Shown: positions 37,013 to 44,002 of the stretch, one piece after another
Numbering within the stretch: position 1 is the first letter of the stretch
Layout of the letters: every line of letters begins with the position of its first letter
Origin: an uncultured Gemmatimonadales bacterium
GTDB lineage: Bacteria > Gemmatimonadota > Gemmatimonadetes > Gemmatimonadales > GWC2-71-9
DNA: 64,000 nucleotides
Assembly: GCA_963795085.1 (NCBI GenBank)
Contig: CAWCFX010000003.1
Coordinates: forward strand, 259,411 to 323,410
Direction of reading: 5' to 3'
Position numbers and translations under genes: made by a program
Notes under the pieces: generated by a model
Told to the model about the DNA's origin: nothing
Seen by the model: only the letters and a program-made list of their open reading frames with translations
Databases searched by the model: none

Positions 37013-37645
37013 TTATTTTTCGGAGAACAACGAGCGATACCGGTAGATGTACACGAAGAACGAATACACCGTCAGCGCCGCGGCGAGGGCGAGCGCCACC
37101 GCCACGAAGCCCCCGTGGAAATCATTCCACCAGGCGGCGAAGCGGTTGTGCTCCCACCCCATGGGTTTGCGGGCATCGCGGAAGGCGAACCAGAGCATGA
37201 CCGCGCCGATGAAGACGTTCTGGATGACGGTCTTGAGCTTGCCGGGCCCGGCGGCGGTGATGACCACGCCGCGGCGGCGGGCCCACCAGCGGAACCCGGT
37301 CATGGCCAGCTCCCGCCCGATCAGCAGGCCGCAAACCCAGAGCGGAATGCTGCCCCAGAATGGTATCCCGTAGTCCTCCTGGCGGGCCCGGCTGATGAAG
37401 TAGATGGGGATCAGGGTGGCGAAGAGCAGCAGCTTGTCGGCGATGGGATCCAGGAACTTGCCCAGGTCGGTGATCTGGTTCCGGCTGCGGGCGATGTAAC
37501 CGTCGAAGACATCGGAGATCGCGGCAGCCAGGAAAATGACGAAGGCAATGAGCTTGGGCCAGTATCCGGCGATAAACGGCAGGAGCGCGATGACCGGGGT
37601 GAAGGAAATCCGGATCAGCGTAATGACGTTGGGAAGGTTCCACAT
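37013..37645 (-). CDS. pgsA: CDP-diacylglycerol--glycerol-3-phosphate 3-phosphatidyltransferase
   Basis: NLPNVITLIRI opening. CDP-alcohol phosphatidyltransferase motif DVFDGYIARSRNQITDLGKFLDPIADK. Multiple TM helices. Confidence 0.85.
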   Translation of the reverse strand: MWNLPNVITLIRISFTPVIALLPFIAGYWPKLIAFVIFLAAAISDVFDGYIARSRNQITDLGKFLDPIADKLLLFATLIPIYFISRARQEDYGIPFWGSIPLWVCGLLIGRELAMTGFRWWARRRGVVITAAGPGKLKTVIQNVFIGAVMLWFAFRDARKPMGWEHNRFAAWWNDFHGGFVAVALALAAALTVYSFFVYIYRYRSLFSEK

Positions 37646-37750
37646 AGCCGCAATCTAAGCGGGACCGGGATGGAAGCCAGATAAGCAGCAGCGAGGCGGT
37701 GCGCGGCAGGCCGTGGGCAGTTCCTCCCCAGGCCCACCGCGTTCGGATGG

Positions 37751-38425
37751 CTAGCCCAGGCTCTTCAGTACCAGCTTGCTGATGGACTTGAGGGTGTCAA
37801 AGACCCCGTCCCCGTTCAGGGCGACGGCTTCGTAGAAAGGCGCCCGCTCGATCCACTCGCCGTCCTGCTGGTAGACCAGGAACTCTCCCGGCACGTTGGG
37901 ATCGGGCATCGTCCGCTGCCGAACCGGGTCGCTCACCGGCCAGCCGGGATTGAGCGCGGCCTGCAGTTCGCCGATCGGGGCAGCGTTGGGGAGGTCGCGC
38001 TTGTTGTACTGGATGACGAAGGGCATCCGGGTCAGATCGTACCCGTGTTCCGCCATGTTGTCGTAGAGGTTCTGCATGGACTCGATGTTGGCTTCCATCC
38101 GCTCGATCTGGCTGTCGGCGACGAACACCACGCCGTCCACGCCCTTGAGGATGAGCTTGCGGCTGGCGTTGTAATACACCTGGCCCGGGACCGTGTACAG
38201 GTGGAACCGGGTCTTGAAGCCGCGGATGGTGCCGAGATCCACCGGCAGGAAGTCGAAAAACAGGGTCCGCTCGGTCTCGGTCGCCAGCGAGATCATCTTG
38301 CCGCGGGCGCCGGGGGCAACCTTCCCGTAGACGTGTTCCAGGTTGGTCGTCTTACCGCCCAGCCCGGGGCCGTAATAGACCAGCTTGCAGTTGATCTCGC
38401 GGGCCGCGTGATTGATCATCGACAT
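37751..38425 (-). CDS. mglA: Ras-like small GTPase MglA (with about 30-aa C-terminal insertion)
   Basis: [70 protein letters not shown]. These are near-identical blocks to Myxococcus MglA as I recall it. It lies directly downstream of an MglB-like gene. Confidence 0.85.
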   Translation of the reverse strand: MSMINHAAREINCKLVYYGPGLGGKTTNLEHVYGKVAPGARGKMISLATETERTLFFDFLPVDLGTIRGFKTRFHLYTVPGQVYYNASRKLILKGVDGVVFVADSQIERMEANIESMQNLYDNMAEHGYDLTRMPFVIQYNKRDLPNAAPIGELQAALNPGWPVSDPVRQRTMPDPNVPGEFLVYQQDGEWIERAPFYEAVALNGDGVFDTLKSISKLVLKSLG

Positions 38426-38443
38426 GAGAAGCGGAGTCCTTTC

Positions 38444-38932
38444 TCAGCCGAACAGCTTGTCAATTTCATCTTCAGCATCACCCAGGAAGCCGGTTTCCAC
38501 ATGGGATCGTCCAGCGCCGTCCTGGCTGAACATCCCTTCGAAGACCTTGTTCAGTTCGCCCACGGTATTCTTGACCCGCAGCTTGACCAGCCCGAGCGTG
38601 GTACGGTTGTCGAACAGCACGACCAGGATGACCCGGCGGGCGATATCCGCCAGGTACATGGATTCCTTCTCTCCCTGGTGAAACAGGGCCCCGAACTCGG
38701 GCTCCCCGATCATCTTGGCCAACTGGTCGTTGGCGCTGAAGTCGGCGGCGGTAAGGGAGGCGAACGCGGTCGGATCGAAGGTGGGAGGCTCGCCGGCGGT
38801 GGTGATCATCTGCCCGGTGCGGTCAACGATCAGCGCGGTCCGGGCCCCGGACTCACGCAGGAATTCGACCAGGATGACCTGGATGCTCCGGGCATCTTCT
38901 TCACGGAAGGACCAACTGGAAGCGCCTGACAT
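38444..38932 (-). CDS. mglB: Roadblock/LC7 domain protein, MglB-like GTPase-activating protein
   Basis: Part of ORF 38444..39253. ATG at 38932 follows GGAGGGTG. IQVILVEFLRESGARTALIVDRTGQMITTAG...ADFSANDQLAKMIGE...LVVLFD is typical Roadblock/LC7. Followed by an acidic C-terminal tail. Confidence 0.8.
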   Translation of the reverse strand: MSGASSWSFREEDARSIQVILVEFLRESGARTALIVDRTGQMITTAGEPPTFDPTAFASLTAADFSANDQLAKMIGEPEFGALFHQGEKESMYLADIARRVILVVLFDNRTTLGLVKLRVKNTVGELNKVFEGMFSQDGAGRSHVETGFLGDAEDEIDKLFG

Positions 38933-39219
38933 CACCCTCCTGCCTTGGTAGTTCCGAGCATGGTTTCCATCCGGCGCAGGACCGCGGCGGCGCGCCGGCG
39001 CAGCATCGGCTGCGTCTCCCAGGCGAGATAGTCCCGCAAAAGCCGAACCGTGTCGATCTCCACCTGCCCCTGGAGGTAGGCCAGGGCCGAGAGCCGGCGC
39101 AGCGGCTGCCCGCTGAAGAGGTCGTTCCGACTGCGAACCAGGTGGTGCCGCCCGGCGAACCAGCCGGCCGTGAGTCCCAGCAGGCCCGCGCCAAAGAACA
39201 GGAAACTGCGGGAGCGCAT
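38932..39219 (-). CDS. hypothetical 95-aa protein with N-terminal TM helix and HEAT-like C-terminal helices
   Basis: Part of ORF 38932..39645. ATG at 39219 lies 2 nt after the recR stop, and its stop overlaps the mglB ATG (TGATG). MRSRSFLFFGAGLLGLTAGWFAG...LRRLSALAYLQGQVEIDTVRLLRDYLAWE. Confidence 0.5.
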   Translation of the reverse strand: MRSRSFLFFGAGLLGLTAGWFAGRHHLVRSRNDLFSGQPLRRLSALAYLQGQVEIDTVRLLRDYLAWETQPMLRRRAAAVLRRMETMLGTTKAGG

Positions 39220-39221
39220 GG

Positions 39222-39812
39222 CTAGCGAACCTCCTGCCGCTCGAGCAGGGCATGTGCCAGTGTCACCCCATCCACGAACTCCAGGTCGCCGCCCATGGGA
39301 AGCCCCCGGGCCAGGCGGGTCACCTTGACGCTCATACCGGACAGCAGTTGCTGGATGTAGGTGGCGGTGACCTCGCCCTCCATGGAGGGATTGGTCGCCA
39401 GGATGATCTCCGTCACGCCATCGTGCTGAACCCGGTGCATCAACTGCCGGATCCGGAGCGCCTCCGGGCCCACCCCGCTCAATGGGTCCAACCGACCGCC
39501 CAGCACGTGGTAGCGGCCCCGGAACCCGGTAGCCCGGTCCAGGACCCCGACGGCGGACGGCTCCTCGACCACACAGACCACCGCCGGATCCCGGCGGGGA
39601 TCCTGGCAGAATTCGCAGGTGTCCGTTTCGGCCGGTGTCCCACACACTCCGCAGGGCCGCACCCGCTCGGCCACGGCCGCGAGGACCGTGGCCAACCGCA
39701 CCGCTTGTTGTGGAGACTGCTGCAGCAGGTGAAAGGTCAGGCGCTGGGCCGTCTTCCGGCCGATGCCTGGCAACCGGGCAAATTCGGTGATCAGGTCCTC
39801 AATCGCGGGCAC
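39222..39812 (-). CDS. recR: recombination protein RecR
   Basis: LPGIGRKTAQRLTFHLL (HhH), Cys4 zinc finger (CGVCGTPAETDTCEFC), Toprim (VCVVEEPSAV...ILATNPSMEGE). Confidence 0.9.
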   Translation of the reverse strand: MPAIEDLITEFARLPGIGRKTAQRLTFHLLQQSPQQAVRLATVLAAVAERVRPCGVCGTPAETDTCEFCQDPRRDPAVVCVVEEPSAVGVLDRATGFRGRYHVLGGRLDPLSGVGPEALRIRQLMHRVQHDGVTEIILATNPSMEGEVTATYIQQLLSGMSVKVTRLARGLPMGGDLEFVDGVTLAHALLERQEVR

Positions 39813-39815
39813 CGG

Positions 39816-40124
39816 TCAGAGCGGCATGTTGAAAGGGAACGGCTGCACCTTTCGCATTTCCGCCTGGAGTACTTCCTGGGCCCGGCGCTGCGCCTCGGCC
39901 ACCGCGGAGGTGACCAGATCGGAGAGGAACTCGGCATCCCGGTCCTCGAAAGCCGCCGGATCGATGGTGATGGACCGGACGGTGCCCCGGCCGTCGGCCG
40001 TGACTTTGACCAAACCCGCCCCCGCCGAAGTCTCGATGGTGCGGGATGCAAGTTCGGTCTGGATCTCCTGCAGCCGGCCCTGCATCTGCTGGCCCAGCTG
40101 AAACAACTGCTGTAGGTCTGCCAT
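39816..40124 (-). CDS. ybaB: YbaB/EbfC family nucleoid-associated protein
   Basis: Part of ORF 39816..40178, start at 40124. MADLQQLFQLGQQMQGRLQEIQTELASRTIETSAGAGLVKVTADGRGTVRSITIDPAA... The conserved dnaX-ybaB-recR order supports the call. Confidence 0.85.
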   Translation of the reverse strand: MADLQQLFQLGQQMQGRLQEIQTELASRTIETSAGAGLVKVTADGRGTVRSITIDPAAFEDRDAEFLSDLVTSAVAEAQRRAQEVLQAEMRKVQPFPFNMPL

Positions 40125-40242
40125 GAATCCGTAAGTTCCTGTCAAATCGTAAAATAGGCGCGCATCCGGAGGGGGCAAGTGGTCCCGTGAGCCAAGGCGC
40201 CAGGGCTGGATGCACCACCGGACCCCTGGCCCCCGTTGCCCC

Positions 40243-41973
40243 TCAGTCCACGATCTCCAAATCTAACTCATCGGCGGCGGCATCGAGGGCCGGATCCTTC
40301 TTCCGCAGCGTCTTAAGCCGCTCCGCCCTGGCCCCGGCATCCGACATCCGCTTTGGCCGGGGTGCGGAATCCTCGGGTAATGGAGTAGCCGAACCCACCT
40401 GGAAGGTGACCGGGGCCGCGACGAAGCGGACCAGGATTGCCTCCACGATACCGCGCTGCCGATTGAGCCGCTCGGCGATCAGGGGATTGGGGTCCAGCAA
40501 CTCCACCGTGAGCCTGGGAGGAGCCGCCTCGATCGGTCGGCTGGCGCCCAGGGCCTCGCCCAGGAAGGGACTTTCCTTGCGGGCCTCCGCCACCACAGCG
40601 CCCCACGCCTCCTCCAGGGCGGACACGGTGAACGGCACCGGGTCGGCCGACAAACCCGGTCCCGGGGGCGGGGGCAGGGGAACCGCCTCCGGCGCCTCGG
40701 TGGGCACCGGCGGGGTGGGCGCGGGCTCCCGGGTCGCTCGGGGCTCGGGCCGGGCAGATGGCGCGGGAAGGATGGGCCGGCGGGGCGCGTTCGGTTCCCC
40801 GCCGGTATTCCGAGCGGGCGGAGTGGCCCCATCCCCCAGCTGGGCCAGGACCCGTTCCAGGTCCACGACCTGATCCATCAATGTCCAGCGAAGCAGGAGC
40901 GTCTCAACCATCAACCGCGGGTTCGCGCTGCGCCGGATCCCCTGCTCCTGGTCGGCCAGCAGCTTGAGCATCCGCAGGACATCGCCGGCGGCCAGCCGGG
41001 TGCGATAGTGGTCCAGCTGCTGGCGCATGGCTTCGGTGAGACCCTCCGGGTCCGAGCCCAGCTGGAGCATCAACAGCGACCGCAGCATCTCGGCGGCCCC
41101 GTTCATGAACTCGCCCAGGTCGGCGCCACCCTGGGTCAGCCGCTCGACCAGCGGGAAGACCGCCTCGGGGCGGCGCTCGGCGACCATCGCCAGGACTTCG
41201 CCGTAGAGTTCGTCGTCCACCAGGCTGAGAATGGACCGGACGCTTTTCACGGTCAGCTCGCCGTCGCCGAAGCTGAGACACTGGTCGAGCACCGAGAGGG
41301 CATCCCGCATCCCGCCATCGGCGCCCCGGGCAATGAGGGTCAGCGCATCGTCCTCCGCCCGGATTCCCTCTGCCCGGGCCACCTCCCGGAGGCGCTCGCG
41401 AATGGCGGCCGGCCCGATCCGGCGGAAATCGAAGCGCTGCAGCCGCGACATCACCGGGGCCGCCGCCTGCGCAATCTTCTGCGGCTCGGTGGTGGCGAAG
41501 ACAAACACCACGCCGGGCGGCGGCTCTTCCAGGATCTTGAGAAGGGCGTTCCACGCCTCCCGGGTGAGCATGTGGGCCTCGTCCACGATGTACACCTTGT
41601 AGTGGCCGGGCTGGGACGCCGCGTACATCGCCCGCTCGCGCAGTTCCCGGGCATCGTCCACCCCCCGGTTGCTGGCGGCGTCAATCTCCACCACGTCCAG
41701 GTTGGCGGACCCGGCCCAGATCCGGGCACAGTTGACGCACTCGCCACAAGGCTCGCCGGGCGGATCCATCTCCTCTTTCCGCTCGCAGTTCAGGGCCATG
41801 GCCAGGATCCGCGCCGCGGTGGTCTTCCCCACCCCGCGAGGGCCGGTCAGCAGGTATCCGTGCCCCACCCGGTTTCGGGCGATGGCACCGCGGAGCACGT
41901 TGGCCACGTGGTCCTGCACGATGAGATCGGAAAATTTCCGGGGACGGTACTTCCGGGCGAGCGCGATTGCCAT
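40243..41973 (-). CDS. dnaX: DNA polymerase III subunit gamma/tau
   Basis: ALARKYRPRKFSDLIVQDHV, Walker A GPRGVGKTT, Zn module CGECVNC, KVYIVDEAHML, Pro-rich linker, then a C-terminal tau-like region. Confidence 0.9.
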   Translation of the reverse strand: MAIALARKYRPRKFSDLIVQDHVANVLRGAIARNRVGHGYLLTGPRGVGKTTAARILAMALNCERKEEMDPPGEPCGECVNCARIWAGSANLDVVEIDAASNRGVDDARELRERAMYAASQPGHYKVYIVDEAHMLTREAWNALLKILEEPPPGVVFVFATTEPQKIAQAAAPVMSRLQRFDFRRIGPAAIRERLREVARAEGIRAEDDALTLIARGADGGMRDALSVLDQCLSFGDGELTVKSVRSILSLVDDELYGEVLAMVAERRPEAVFPLVERLTQGGADLGEFMNGAAEMLRSLLMLQLGSDPEGLTEAMRQQLDHYRTRLAAGDVLRMLKLLADQEQGIRRSANPRLMVETLLLRWTLMDQVVDLERVLAQLGDGATPPARNTGGEPNAPRRPILPAPSARPEPRATREPAPTPPVPTEAPEAVPLPPPPGPGLSADPVPFTVSALEEAWGAVVAEARKESPFLGEALGASRPIEAAPPRLTVELLDPNPLIAERLNRQRGIVEAILVRFVAAPVTFQVGSATPLPEDSAPRPKRMSDAGARAERLKTLRKKDPALDAAADELDLEIVD

Positions 41974-41992
41974 GGCAAGGAAGATAGACGGT

Positions 41993-42050
41993 CCGGGGGG
42001 AGGGGGAAAGAAAAAGGGGGTGGCAGGGATCCCCCCCTCCCTCCCCCCGG
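41993..42050. repeat. G-run / C-run inverted repeat in the dnaX / ubiB-like divergent region
   Basis: CCGGGGGGAGGG (41993-42004) is the exact reverse complement of CCCTCCCCCCGG (42039-42050). The interior contains further G5/C7 runs around a GGATCC centre. Confidence 0.75.
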
Positions 42051-42134
42051 GCCCCTCGCCGCTTTTGCGTAAGCCCCATCACGGACAGCCTAACCGGCAC
42101 TTCGCAACATCCATACGTCTCCAGCGAGGATCGT

Positions 42135-43820
42135 ATGAGCATCTCTCTCAAGGCGGCCCACCTCAAGCGATACCGGGACATCGCCCGGTTGTTCATCAAG
42201 TACGGGCGTTCCGACCTGGTCGCGTCGGCGGGCATGAATGGCGACCTGGTGCCGCCGGTCCCGCAGGACGTCCCGGTGCCGGCCGCCGAGGAACTGGCGA
42301 CCGACCTGGAGAAAATGGGGCCCACGTTCATCAAGCTGGGCCAGCTGCTGTCCAGCCGGGGGGAGATTCTGCCGCCGGCCTACCTTACCGCCCTGGAGCG
42401 GCTGCAGGACGACGTGGAACCCTTTCCCTTCTCCGACGTGGAGAAGATCGTCACCGAGGAACTGGGCGCCCGGCTGTCCAAGGCCTTTTCATTCTTCGAT
42501 TCAACCCCGCTGGCCGCCGCCTCCCTGGGCCAGGTGCACCGGGCGGCGCTCCGGGACGGCCGGGCGGTGGTAGTCAAGGTCCAGCGCCCCGGCATCCGGG
42601 AGCGGGTGGTCGAGGACCTCGACGCCTTTGACGAGATCACCACGCTGCTGCTCAAGCATACCAGCCTGGGAGAGCGCTACGACCTCGCCGGGATCATGGA
42701 CCAGTTCCGCAAGTCGCTGCTCACCGAACTGGATTACCGGCGGGAGGCGGCCAACCTGCTCCGGCTGGGACAGAACCTCCGGTCATTCGAGCAGATCGTT
42801 GTCCCGGCCGCGGTGGATGACTACACCACGACCAGGATCCTCACCATGGACTACGTGAGCGGCAAGAAGATCACCGCGCTGAGTCCTCTGACCCTGATCG
42901 AGGTGGACGGCGAGGAACTGGCGGAGAGCCTCTTCCGGGCCTACCTCAAGCAGATCTTCGTGGACGGGTTTTTTCATGCCGACCCTCATCCGGGCAACGT
43001 CTTCCTGACCGAGGACTACCGGATCGCGCTGCTGGACCTCGGCATGGTCGCCACCATTCCGCCCCGGATGCAGGAACACCTGCTCCAGATGGTGCTGGCG
43101 ATCGCGGAGGGACGCAGCGACGAAACCGCCGACTTCGTGCTCAAACTGGGCGAGACGACCGAGCACCTGGACGAGCGGGAGTTCCGGCGCCGGGTGGCGG
43201 AGCTGGTCAGCGCCAGCCATGGCGCCAGCATCGGGGAACTCAAGGTGGGCCGCATATTCCTCGAGATGTCCCACTATTCGGCCGAGACCGGGGTGCGGCT
43301 CCCGCCGGAACTGACCTTGCTCGGCAAGGCGCTCCTCAACCTGGATGGCATCGGCCGCACCCTGGCTCCGGAGTTCGACCCCAATGCGTCCATCCGGAGA
43401 AACTCGGCCCGGCTGATGAACCAGCGGATGATCAAGAGCCTGTCGCCGGGCAGCATTTTCAGCAACGTGATCGAAATGAAGGAAATGGTGGACCGCCTGC
43501 CGGGACGGGTGAACAAGATCCTGGACCACGCGGCCAACAATCAGCTGGGGCTCAAGATCGACACGGGAATCGACTCAGCCCAGTTCATGGTCGGGCTGCA
43601 GAAGGTGGCCAACCGGATCACCATCGGCTTGATCCTGGCGGCGCTGATCGTCGGGGCGGCGTTGCTGATGCGGATCGAGACGAGCTTCAGGATTTTCGGC
43701 TATCCGGGGCTGGCCATGCTGTGTTTTCTCGGGGCGGCCGGCATCGGGCTGGCCCTGTTGCTGCATATCGTGTGGCAGGACGTGTCGGAGAGCGAAAGCA
43801 GGAAAGGACGGAGACAATGA
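42135..43820 (+). CDS. ABC1/UbiB (AarF) atypical kinase family protein with C-terminal TM helices
   Basis: 561-aa ORF. GPTFIKLGQLLSSR, AASLGQVHRA, VVKVQRPG, HADPHPGNVF, LDLGMV. Two C-terminal hydrophobic helices. Confidence 0.85.
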   Translation: MSISLKAAHLKRYRDIARLFIKYGRSDLVASAGMNGDLVPPVPQDVPVPAAEELATDLEKMGPTFIKLGQLLSSRGEILPPAYLTALERLQDDVEPFPFSDVEKIVTEELGARLSKAFSFFDSTPLAAASLGQVHRAALRDGRAVVVKVQRPGIRERVVEDLDAFDEITTLLLKHTSLGERYDLAGIMDQFRKSLLTELDYRREAANLLRLGQNLRSFEQIVVPAAVDDYTTTRILTMDYVSGKKITALSPLTLIEVDGEELAESLFRAYLKQIFVDGFFHADPHPGNVFLTEDYRIALLDLGMVATIPPRMQEHLLQMVLAIAEGRSDETADFVLKLGETTEHLDEREFRRRVAELVSASHGASIGELKVGRIFLEMSHYSAETGVRLPPELTLLGKALLNLDGIGRTLAPEFDPNASIRRNSARLMNQRMIKSLSPGSIFSNVIEMKEMVDRLPGRVNKILDHAANNQLGLKIDTGIDSAQFMVGLQKVANRITIGLILAALIVGAALLMRIETSFRIFGYPGLAMLCFLGAAGIGLALLLHIVWQDVSESESRKGRRQ

Positions 43821-44002
43821 AGGAAGAGTGCCCCAGGCACCCCGAAGCGACACCAGACATCGCTTAGCGCTGCTACCGGCAAGGTCCTGACGCGATTCGC
43901 GCGCCAGCGCCCTTCGGACCTGGGGCGAGGGAAAAGTAACGGCCCAGGGGGCGATCGGCCAGTGGTCCCCAGCGGGTTAGTGCCCCACACCCCTCAATTC
44001 GC

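Noticed and set aside
41974-42134. SRP RNA (ffs/4.5S) gene, which often sits immediately upstream of dnaX
   Set aside because: I read both strands and found no helix-8-like GGAAG...AGCAG motif or tetraloop context. The region is dominated by G/C-run palindromes instead. A covariance-model scan (Rfam RF00169) would be the decisive test.
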